This document shows, piece by piece, positions 24,406 through 32,000 of a DNA stretch of 32,000 bases. Position numbers and translations under genes: made by a program. The notes beneath the pieces were generated by a model that saw only the letters and a list, made by a program, of their open reading frames with translations, was not told the DNA's origin and made no database searches. Position 1 is the stretch's first letter. Each line of letters begins with the position of its first letter. The stretch lies in NCBI GenBank assembly GCA_023898645.1, contig CP060232.1, positions 300,001-332,000 on the forward strand. The letters run 5' to 3'. Source of the stretch: Candidatus Saccharimonadota bacterium (GTDB lineage Bacteria > Patescibacteriota > Saccharimonadia > Saccharimonadales > Saccharimonadaceae).

Positions 24406-25015
24406 ATTACCAGTTACTTTCGTGGCATTTATTATCATGGCATTAGTTGTGGTGAACGGCGTTAGTGCCTACTTAGGCCCCGATGGTCTGAGCAAATGTA
24501 AAGATTATCCGACACCTGCACCTGTTGATTGTCAGACTGTCGACGCAGTCGTGGCAATTAGCGGTGGCGACACTCGCGCTCGTACGGCGCAGGCAATTGA
24601 TATGTACAAACTCGGATGGGCGCCACTGTTAGTATTTTCGGGCGCAGCCGCGGACAAGTCGGGCCCGAGCAATGCTGAGGCTATGAGAACTCAAGCGTTG
24701 GCGGCGGGTGTTCCAGCAGGTAGAATATTGCTCGACGAAACCAGTGAGACGACCAAGCAAAATGCTGACCATGCCATTAATATATTCGAGCAACATCATA
24801 TCAATTCGGTGATTTTAGTGACGTCTGCGTATCACCAACGACGAGCCGGTTTGGAGTTTGGTAAGCGAGCGGGTATGGCAATTAAAATAGTAAACCACCC
24901 GGTTAAGACTGACGATCAGTGGTCACAATGGTGGTGGCTTTCGGCAACTGGTTGGTATTTGGCTGTTAGTGAAATGGTTAAAATTATTGTGTTCTTTGCT
25001 GGGGGCAGCTACTGA
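24377..25015 (+). CDS. DUF218 (YdcF/ElyC-like) membrane-anchored protein
   Basis: It has an N-terminal TM helix. ISGGDTRARTAQAIDMYKLGWAPLLVFSGA and VTSAYHQRRA are typical DUF218 motifs. The start is uncertain (GTG 24377 or GTG 24398), and both overlap the upstream gene. Confidence 0.78.
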   Translation: MKRRGLTVFKLPVTFVAFIIMALVVVNGVSAYLGPDGLSKCKDYPTPAPVDCQTVDAVVAISGGDTRARTAQAIDMYKLGWAPLLVFSGAAADKSGPSNAEAMRTQALAAGVPAGRILLDETSETTKQNADHAINIFEQHHINSVILVTSAYHQRRAGLEFGKRAGMAIKIVNHPVKTDDQWSQWWWLSATGWYLAVSEMVKIIVFFAGGSY

Positions 25016-26040
25016 TGACGAAAGTATTCGTCGGTATGAGCGGTGGCGTTGATAGTAGTCTTACTGCCGCACTTTTGGTCGAGCAGGGCTACGACGTAAC
25101 TGGTGTTTACATGAAAAACTGGACGCAAGACCTACCGGGGCTTAGGTGTCCGTGGGCTGACGATTTGGCGGACGCTAAGCGAGTCGCGGTGCACTTAGGT
25201 ATTGATTTTGAAGTGTTTGATTTTGAAAACGAATACAAACACAAGGTTGTCGACTATATGATTGAAGAATATAAAATTGGTCGTACTCCAAACCCAGATA
25301 TCATGTGCAATCAAGAGGTAAAATTTCGCTTGTTTTTGGATGCAGCGCTGGAACGTGGTGCCGATATGATAGCAACTGGTCATTATGCGAGCGTTGAAGA
25401 TGGTGTACTCAAGCTTGCTAAAGACAGCAATAAGGATCAGACGTATTTTCTTTATCGAGTCACAGGCGAAGCGCTAAAAAAGACATTGTTTCCTCTTGGT
25501 GAATTTACGAAACCAGAAGTTCGTAAGATGGCCGAAGAGCGCGGACTGACAACGGCTGCAAAACCCGATAGTCAGGGAATTTGTTTTGTAGGGCAAATAG
25601 GAATTCGCGATTTTTTGAGCCAATACGTAGAGCAAAAACCAGGTGCGATTGTAGATAAGCAAACCGGTGAAAAGGTTGGCGTACATGACGGCGCGATTTT
25701 TTACACGCTTGGCCAGCGCCATGGTTTAGACGTCGGCGGCGGTTTGCCGTACTATGTCGTCGGAAAAGACATGGATAAAAATGAAGTCTATGTGTCGCGT
25801 GATTTGAGCAATGAATCTTTGTGGCGTCACGACATACGACTTGATAGTGTTCATTGGATTAACAACACGCCGGCAGATGGCGAATACCAAATACGCGTGC
25901 GTCATCGTGCGCCGCTAGTCACCGCACACTTAAAGGGCGACATGCTATATATCGATGAACCGCAGCGCGCCGTAGCGACAGGTCAGTCCATTGTCATATA
26001 TGACGACAGTCGCTGTCTTGGCGGCGGTATCGTCGCGTAG
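25015..26040 (+). CDS. mnmA: tRNA-specific 2-thiouridylase
   Basis: 341 aa. The PP-loop is GMSGGVDSS. NPDIMCN and GICFVG carry the catalytic cysteines. The start overlaps the upstream stop (TGATG). Confidence 0.95.
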   Translation: MTKVFVGMSGGVDSSLTAALLVEQGYDVTGVYMKNWTQDLPGLRCPWADDLADAKRVAVHLGIDFEVFDFENEYKHKVVDYMIEEYKIGRTPNPDIMCNQEVKFRLFLDAALERGADMIATGHYASVEDGVLKLAKDSNKDQTYFLYRVTGEALKKTLFPLGEFTKPEVRKMAEERGLTTAAKPDSQGICFVGQIGIRDFLSQYVEQKPGAIVDKQTGEKVGVHDGAIFYTLGQRHGLDVGGGLPYYVVGKDMDKNEVYVSRDLSNESLWRHDIRLDSVHWINNTPADGEYQIRVRHRAPLVTAHLKGDMLYIDEPQRAVATGQSIVIYDDSRCLGGGIVA

Positions 26041-26045
26041 AGTAA

Positions 26046-27341
26046 TTACGTCGGTATTAAAACTGACGGCACTCGTCCGCTGTGTACTTCTTTGACCATT
26101 GAACTAATGACAAAAGTCTCATCGACATAGCGCGCTAATTCACCGGTATTATCTAGCCGCTCAAGTATGGCTACGGCAAGATTTTTTTGCTTTGTCATCC
26201 TTGCGGGAAAATCTAAATACCCTACGCCACGTTGATAATCGATGATAATTTGATCGAAAAATGATAAAAAGATGTCGCTAAGTGTGTTTTTAATTAGATT
26301 TTTTGCCCGTGCCGGAGTGATGTCGCCTGGTAGATTTTCAGTGCGGCAGTCATCGTTGGCGCCAAAAGTTTCGTTACTCCATACTGAATTGACAGCTACG
26401 GAAGGAAGGCGCGATGTGAATCGTCGAGCCGATGTTTTGTGGTGAGTTCCCGGAATTTTTGCAGCAAGCCCCCGTGCTGTCATGGTGCGAGTTTCATACG
26501 TTTGCGACTCTTCCGCAAAGCCATTATTTTTTGCATAAGTGCTAAATGGTACGACGAGGCCGGCTTCATATGTAGAGTAGGGAGTCCGGTGTTTATGTAT
26601 ATAGTCATACCAAAAAACAACCTTTGAAATGTTTGGTCGTTCTGAGTCGTAGGCGTGACTTAGTTGGGTGCCGGCAGGTTTTAAATAATTATTTAGTCCA
26701 GCTGCGTTATTTTGTGAGCGATATGACGCATAGTATTTCTGTACATTGTGCATGAAGTTGCGCCGCATCCATTCCGTATCGATGTCGTGATTCAATCCAA
26801 CGACATCGCCTGATTCCTCGAATAGCCCTTCGCAATGACTAAGTAACATGGTTGCGTCCCATAGTCTCTTGCGGATGGCGCCTATAACGGGATTTTTGTA
26901 TTCATGTGTTTTAGACGCGCGTAAATCAAGGTGTGGGAATTCTCGTTTCGCACGAGCAACGGCAAGTTCGGCTTTCCGAATTTCGGCATAGCTAGCGGTC
27001 GTCGGGGCGTTTAAGTAGAGTACTACGCTAAAGGGGTCATCTGTTTCTTGTTTGGCATATTCTGCCATAGTGGGCACTATGCGTTCGCTTTCCTGATGGG
27101 CGGCGACAGGAATCAATACGCATGTTGGCGCGAGCGGCGTATCTTCGCGTTTAAATTCTGACGCAAGGTAAGATATGTTTTCTTGATGAGCTGTACCCTG
27201 GTCACCAAGATACGTCTCGATATATTTGCTAGGATCAGGACTTAGCTCTTTCTGCCAATACGAATTACTTACCAGCTGTTTAGGTGGTAAGTGTACGATA
27301 AACTCGCCAGAGTCATTTGAAATCTCTTTCTTTTCTCCCAT
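26046..27341 (-). CDS. hypothetical protein, possible GT-A-fold nucleotide-sugar transferase-like
   Basis: 431-aa ORF on the opposite strand. It has no TM helix or signal peptide. VLIPVAAHQESERI and LNHDIDTEW weakly resemble the N-terminal strand and DxD motifs of a glycosyltransferase. Confidence 0.75.
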   Translation of the reverse strand: MGEKKEISNDSGEFIVHLPPKQLVSNSYWQKELSPDPSKYIETYLGDQGTAHQENISYLASEFKREDTPLAPTCVLIPVAAHQESERIVPTMAEYAKQETDDPFSVVLYLNAPTTASYAEIRKAELAVARAKREFPHLDLRASKTHEYKNPVIGAIRKRLWDATMLLSHCEGLFEESGDVVGLNHDIDTEWMRRNFMHNVQKYYASYRSQNNAAGLNNYLKPAGTQLSHAYDSERPNISKVVFWYDYIHKHRTPYSTYEAGLVVPFSTYAKNNGFAEESQTYETRTMTARGLAAKIPGTHHKTSARRFTSRLPSVAVNSVWSNETFGANDDCRTENLPGDITPARAKNLIKNTLSDIFLSFFDQIIIDYQRGVGYLDFPARMTKQKNLAVAILERLDNTGELARYVDETFVISSMVKEVHSGRVPSVLIPT

Positions 27342-27387
27342 TTTGCTCCGTTATATCATTTGCTTGCTCTTATATCAAATACACGGG

Positions 27388-27416
27388 TGGACGCGCATGC
27401 CGAGGATTGGTACAAT
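27388..27416 (+). promoter_or_regulatory. promoter TGGACG-17 nt-TACAAT, 7 nt upstream of the alaS ATG
   Basis: The hexamers are at 27388-27393 and 27411-27416, and the ATG is at 27424. There is no SD. Confidence 0.5.
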
Positions 27417-27423
27417 AACAGGG

Positions 27424-29304
27424 ATGAATACCGAGACAATCCGAAACGAATATTTGAAATTCTTTGAAGAGCGCGGGCACAAAGTAATTCGCCGCGCGCC
27501 GTTGGTCCTACATGATGACCCTACGACGCTCTTTACTGGTAGCGGCATGCAGCCGATTATTCCGTATTTGCTGGGCGAGCCACACCCAGACGGCGTGCGC
27601 GTTGCAGACAGCCAGACGTGCCTTCGTGCACAAGACATAGATGACATTGGCGACAACCGTCATACGACGTTTTTCGAGATGCTTGGCAACTGGAGCTTTG
27701 GCGACTACTTTAAGGAGCAGCAGGTCGAATGGATGTTCGAATTTCTAGACACTGTCGTAGAGCTCGATATGAGCAAGCTGTATGTGACGTGTTTCATCGG
27801 CGCGCCAGAGTATGGCATTGTCAAAGATACTGAGGCTGCGCAGGTTTGGAAGAAGTTGTTTGAATCAAAAGGGCTGAGTAGTGGCGAAGCTGACATCGGT
27901 AGCGAGGAGGATGGTTACCGACGCGGCATTCACGAAGGTGAACGCATATTTTACTACGACGGCAGCAAGAACTGGTGGAGCCGCAATGGCGATCCAGAGC
28001 ATACGCCAGTTGGCGATCCGTGCGGTCCAGACAGCGAGATGTTCTACGATTTCGGCACTCCGCACAATCCAGAGTATGGCGAATTTTGTCACCCGAACTG
28101 TGACTGTGGCCGTTTTATGGAAATCGGCAACAACGTATTTATGGCGTATCGCAAGGTTGCCGAAGGTACGTTTGAGCCACTCGAACATCCGAACATCGAC
28201 CACGGCTCAGGTCTTGAGCGAATTGCCGCCGCTAAGCTGAACGACCCAGACGTGTATAAGATCAGCCTCATGTGGCCGATCATCGAGAAGCTCGAAAAAC
28301 TGAGCGGTAAAAAGTACGATAGTCATCAGGAAAGCATGCGAGTGATTGCTGATCATCTACGTGCCGCGACATTTTTGGCGGTTGACGGCTGCGTACCGAG
28401 CAACAAGCAGCAGGGCTATGTGATGCGCCGACTTGTTCGACGTGCTGTACGCTTCGCATTTGATTTGGGCGTCGAGCAAAACTTTATGCAAGAAGTCGTG
28501 CCGGTCATTGCAGACTTGTACCACAATGACTTCCCTGAAGTTGCCGAAAATCGCGAAAACGTCATCGCTGTTCTTATCAAGGAAGAGAAAGCATTTCGCC
28601 AGACACTTCGCAAAGGATTGCAGCAATTACAAAAATTCGCTGGTGACGGCCTGACGGGTGCGGAATTATTCACACTTTATGATACGTACGGTTTTCCTGT
28701 TGAACTGTCGATGGAAGAAGTCTACAAGCAAGAGATCAAAGTTTCAGACACCTGGCGCCAAGAATTCGACGCCAAGATGGAAGAACAGCGCCAGCGTTCG
28801 CAGACAGCCGCAAAAGGCGACTTCAAGGGCGGCCTGGGCGGACACACGATGCAACACAAAAAATACCACACCGCGACTCACCTGCTTCAGTCTGCACTTC
28901 GCGAAATTTTTGGCACTGAGCTTCGCCAACACGGTAGCAACATTACCGAAGAGCGTTTACGATTTGATTTTAATCTCGACCGTAAAATGACTGACGAAGA
29001 AAAAACAAGAGCCGAAGAACTAGTGAATGGTTGGATTGCCGAAGATCTGCCAGTTAGTTTCAAGCTTTATCCAACGCAAGAGGCGCTAGACATGGGAGCC
29101 ATCGGTCCGTTTGGCGAGCGCTACGATGCTCAGGTGAAGGTTTATCAAATGGGAGAAGGCGACAAGGTCGCAAGTCTTGAAATTTGCGGTGGTCCGCATG
29201 TTGATCATACCGGCCAGTTGGCAGAAGGTGGCAAGAAGTTCAAGATTACCAAAGAAGAAGCGTCTTCCGCTGGTATTCGTCGTATTAAAGCCGTCCTAGT
29301 CTAA
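27424..29304 (+). CDS. alaS: alanyl-tRNA synthetase, short form (626 aa) lacking the C-Ala domain
   Basis: Motifs seen are RHTTFFEMLGNWSFGDYFK, the editing-domain HTATHLL, and CGGPHV. The protein ends at GIRRIKAVLV. The track ORF start (27226) runs through the divergent promoter region and is rejected. Confidence 0.9.
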   Translation: MNTETIRNEYLKFFEERGHKVIRRAPLVLHDDPTTLFTGSGMQPIIPYLLGEPHPDGVRVADSQTCLRAQDIDDIGDNRHTTFFEMLGNWSFGDYFKEQQVEWMFEFLDTVVELDMSKLYVTCFIGAPEYGIVKDTEAAQVWKKLFESKGLSSGEADIGSEEDGYRRGIHEGERIFYYDGSKNWWSRNGDPEHTPVGDPCGPDSEMFYDFGTPHNPEYGEFCHPNCDCGRFMEIGNNVFMAYRKVAEGTFEPLEHPNIDHGSGLERIAAAKLNDPDVYKISLMWPIIEKLEKLSGKKYDSHQESMRVIADHLRAATFLAVDGCVPSNKQQGYVMRRLVRRAVRFAFDLGVEQNFMQEVVPVIADLYHNDFPEVAENRENVIAVLIKEEKAFRQTLRKGLQQLQKFAGDGLTGAELFTLYDTYGFPVELSMEEVYKQEIKVSDTWRQEFDAKMEEQRQRSQTAAKGDFKGGLGGHTMQHKKYHTATHLLQSALREIFGTELRQHGSNITEERLRFDFNLDRKMTDEEKTRAEELVNGWIAEDLPVSFKLYPTQEALDMGAIGPFGERYDAQVKVYQMGEGDKVASLEICGGPHVDHTGQLAEGGKKFKITKEEASSAGIRRIKAVLV

Positions 29305-30284
29305 TCTTCTGGTGGTTGCGTACTGTCGTCGTCAAATGCTTCAATCTGGGTTGGTTCGACTGCTTGAATTTGCTTATCAATAAAATCAAACATTGCCACA
29401 AAGTCGGATGCGTTCGGATTGAACATTTCTTGCGAATACTGTTCGTTTACACGGCTGTGCTTACAAAAAGTCATTCTATGTGAATTAATCGGTGCGATTG
29501 TCGTTTCAATGGCATCTTCAAATAAGCGAATGTCATCAGGTCCTGCGTCTATATGCTGTCGGTCGAGCCTATAAAGTTGCAGACTTGCCATAGTGTCGTT
29601 GAATGTTTCGTAGCTAAATGAACCCGCTAGACCACCTTGCTCGTCGTCGAGCAGGTATTCATAGCTACTTGTCGTATAGTCGGCAACACTCATGAAGTTA
29701 TCGGCCATGGTGTCGAAATCTTCGTTGTGCCAGTCGAAACTGTCAAACAGTGACAGCTTAATGTTCGGGCCGCTGTATACCAGGCTCGCAAGGCATCGGT
29801 TGAACTGTTTAAAGTTGAAAGGGCGAATAGTATCCGTCTCTATGGGCCTTCCATTTTCGTCTTCCAGAGTGGTAGAAACGATATCTTGATGCTCTGATTG
29901 TGTCAGATTGTAATTGTAGGGTCGTTCCACGGTGATTCGAGTTATATTGTTTTGATCATCGCAAAATTCAAACTGCAAACTAAACGTCGTGCCACCACTT
30001 CCTTTTAGGAAGGAGCATTCTAAATCGACAGAGTCGAGTCGGCCGAATTGCTTAGCGGCTTTCCGGATATGGGGTGGAACAAAAATTTTGTATGGCAATT
30101 CTGCATTGCGGAAATTAAAGGTATGGAGGATGACATCGGCTTGCCTGTCTGAGTCGAGTGTTTGTTTGAACAGTTCTAATTTATCGGCAAGATCAACTTC
30201 ATAGGCCGCTAGTAAGTTCTCTGGAGTAGTAGTTTCTGCTTCAGTTGGGCTTGTATTGAAATCGGGAATCTCCGAGCCGCTCAT
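29301..30284 (-). CDS. acidic cytoplasmic protein, hypothetical (327 aa)
   Basis: This long ORF on the opposite strand is rich in Asp/Glu/Phe. It has no TM helix, signal peptide or recognised motif. Its stop overlaps the alaS stop by 4 nt. Confidence 0.75.
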   Translation of the reverse strand: MSGSEIPDFNTSPTEAETTTPENLLAAYEVDLADKLELFKQTLDSDRQADVILHTFNFRNAELPYKIFVPPHIRKAAKQFGRLDSVDLECSFLKGSGGTTFSLQFEFCDDQNNITRITVERPYNYNLTQSEHQDIVSTTLEDENGRPIETDTIRPFNFKQFNRCLASLVYSGPNIKLSLFDSFDWHNEDFDTMADNFMSVADYTTSSYEYLLDDEQGGLAGSFSYETFNDTMASLQLYRLDRQHIDAGPDDIRLFEDAIETTIAPINSHRMTFCKHSRVNEQYSQEMFNPNASDFVAMFDFIDKQIQAVEPTQIEAFDDDSTQPPED

Positions 30285-30380
30285 ATTAGCCGCATGTTAC
30301 CATGTTTTTTACATTAAAGAAACCATAGGTGTTATTAGACTAGCCACCATAAGCGCGACTAGTATATAATAGGTGCAATC

Positions 30381-31649
30381 ATGGTTCTCAATAAATTACG
30401 TACCGTGCGACAACATATGTCTTCTGACCAAGACTATATAGTTGGTCTTGATATTGGTACCGAGTTCGTCAAGGCACTGATTGCTAAGGTCAAGGGTGAA
30501 GAACTTGAGATTGTTGGCGTTGGGCGTGCTCGTCAGAATGTTAGCGACATGCATAGTGGCGCAATCGCTGATATCGCCGGCGTTGTTCGCAATTGCGAAG
30601 ACGCACTTGCACAGGCAGAAGACCAAGCTGGCATGCAGGCTAAAAAGGCGGTTATAGGTATAGCAGGCGAGTTGGTTAAAGGTTTAACTAATACAATTAA
30701 GTATCGCAGGCCACAGCCCGACAAGCCACTCGACGTCAATGAAATGCAGTTCATCATAGAAAAGGTACAAGAGCGGTCGCAGGTAAAGGCGCAGCGGCAG
30801 ATTGCCCTCGAAACAGGCAATGAAGACGTCGAAGTTAAGTTGGTCAACAGTGCGCTCGTTAGTATCCATATAGATGGCTACAAGGTGTCTAATCCAATCG
30901 GATTTCAAGGCAAGGACGTTTCGGTGCAGATTTACACGGCCTTTGCGCCAATGGTGCACATTGGAGCGCTCGAACGAGTAGCGGAAGATTTGGCGTTGGA
31001 GCTGGTCGCGGTGGCAGCCGAGCCGTTTGCAGTCAGTCGTAGTGTGCTCGGTACAGATGCCAACAGTACGTTTACGGCAATTCTGGCCGACGTCGGCGGT
31101 GGTACTACAGACATAGCTGTAGTAAACGATGGCGGAGTTGAAGGCACCGAAATGTTTGGTATAGGGGGCCGCAGCTTTACGCGGACAATCATGACCGACA
31201 TGGATCTTAGTTATAATGACGCCGAAAAATTAAAAATACACCTAGGCAACGAACAAGTGAAAGAAAGTGTCAAAAAGCAGGCAATGGCCGCTGTCGACAA
31301 AACGTTGGACGTTTGGCTTTCCGGCGTTGAACTAGCGCTCAGCGAATTTGACTCCGTTGATCATTTGCCGAGTCGCATTTTACTCTGCGGCGGTGGCGCT
31401 AGCCTGGAACCACTCATGGAAGCCCTGAGTAAGCGCGATTGGTACAAAGATTTACCATTTACCAAGCGACCGACAGTTCATCGCATTAAGCCGTCGGAAG
31501 TCGTAGGCATTACCGACACGACGGGTACTGTAACTGATCATACATTCATAACCGCAATGGGGCTTTTGCGGGTTGGCTATGATACAATTATGGGCAGCAG
31601 CGACGGCGATAGCCTCAAGGAAAAAGTTAATCGCATACTGAGAATTTAA
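30381..31649 (+). CDS. ftsA: actin-like ATPase, FtsA-like cell division protein
   Basis: Motifs seen are VGLDIGTEFVKA, ADVGGGTTDIAVV and LLCGGGASL. The C-terminus is amphipathic (LKEKVNRILRI). ATG 30417 is an alternative start. Confidence 0.78.
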   Translation: MVLNKLRTVRQHMSSDQDYIVGLDIGTEFVKALIAKVKGEELEIVGVGRARQNVSDMHSGAIADIAGVVRNCEDALAQAEDQAGMQAKKAVIGIAGELVKGLTNTIKYRRPQPDKPLDVNEMQFIIEKVQERSQVKAQRQIALETGNEDVEVKLVNSALVSIHIDGYKVSNPIGFQGKDVSVQIYTAFAPMVHIGALERVAEDLALELVAVAAEPFAVSRSVLGTDANSTFTAILADVGGGTTDIAVVNDGGVEGTEMFGIGGRSFTRTIMTDMDLSYNDAEKLKIHLGNEQVKESVKKQAMAAVDKTLDVWLSGVELALSEFDSVDHLPSRILLCGGGASLEPLMEALSKRDWYKDLPFTKRPTVHRIKPSEVVGITDTTGTVTDHTFITAMGLLRVGYDTIMGSSDGDSLKEKVNRILRI

Positions 31650-31652
31650 ATT

Positions 31653-32000
31653 ATGCAAAAGAAGGCAGTCATATACATCGATGTCGAAGACGACATCACG
31701 GCAATTATCGGCAAAGTTAAAGATGCCAAGGAAAAAATTGTTGCTCTCGTACCGCCGAAACGGACGGGCATGCTTCAGAGTGCCGTCAACTTACGGCTGC
31801 TTGCGCGGACTGCCGACAATGCAGGTAAGCGCCTAGTACTCATAACAAGTAGCAGCGCTCTCGCTAGTTTGGCTGCAAGTGCTAAAATACCTGTCGCTAA
31901 AACCTTACAGTCTCCACCCAGGCTTGCAGATGCGCAAGACTCAAGCAGCAGCAAAAGCGATAGCGATGACGACGTAATTGACGGCGGCGATTTGCCAGTT
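31653..32000 (+). CDS. hypothetical protein, N-terminal fragment (runs off window)
   Basis: The frame is open for 116 codons from ATG 31653 (MQKKAVIYIDVEDDITAIIGKVKDAKEKIVALVPP...), 3 nt after the ftsA-like stop. It is not FtsZ-like. Confidence 0.6.
   Translation, partial: MQKKAVIYIDVEDDITAIIGKVKDAKEKIVALVPPKRTGMLQSAVNLRLLARTADNAGKRLVLITSSSALASLAASAKIPVAKTLQSPPRLADAQDSSSSKSDSDDDVIDGGDLPV

Noticed and set aside
27226-27423. N-terminal extension of alaS in the ORF track (66 extra codons).
   Set aside because: The extension overlaps the start of the divergent orphan gene and contains the TGGACG-17-TACAAT promoter. The conserved AlaRS N-terminus (MNTETIRNEYLKFFEERGH) begins at 27424.

Overview
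The window looks like a chromosomal segment of a small-genome bacterium with a Gram-positive-type envelope. It has a sortase LPXTG substrate, lipoproteins and a DUF348/G5 wall protein. Gene content and protein style resemble Patescibacteria/Saccharibacteria, but that is inference only; no search was run. GC is roughly 50% by eye.

From about 11.0 to 26.0 kb, and again at 27.4-29.3 kb and 30.4-31.6 kb, most genes are plus-strand housekeeping genes. They are pyk-pgk-tpiA, a PcrA/UvrD helicase, a Nudix hydrolase, a DUF348/G5 wall protein, rsmA, metG, tatD, cysteine desulfurase-DUF218-mnmA, a short alaS and an ftsA-like gene. Two orphan genes on the minus strand interrupt this block (26046-27341 and 29301-30284).

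The left third (0-10.9 kb) is envelope and accessory. It holds an ABC permease/ATPase pair, an acyl-ACP-reductase-like oxidoreductase, a 7TM-GAF histidine kinase with no partner regulator, an LPXTG surface protein, an N-terminally anchored Pro/Thr-rich protein, tRNA-Glu(UUC) and a lipoprotein.

The most unusual content is non-coding. Three long gaps (1607-2266, 7522-7938, 9133-10194) are packed with RNA-like structure:
- a 168-nt almost fully paired rod hairpin;
- a 24-nt inverted repeat pair bracketing the Pro/Thr-rich gene;
- a roughly 300-nt multi-hairpin leader;
- echoes of the tRNA-Glu 3' half around a shared bidirectional terminator;
- a self-contained promoter-leader-peptide-terminator unit.

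Many housekeeping genes show a -10 box (extended TGn type in three cases) followed by 7-8 nt and then ATG, with no Shine-Dalgarno sequence. This suggests leaderless translation. No CRISPR array, transposase, integrase or rRNA was seen. All functional calls come from motif recognition by eye.
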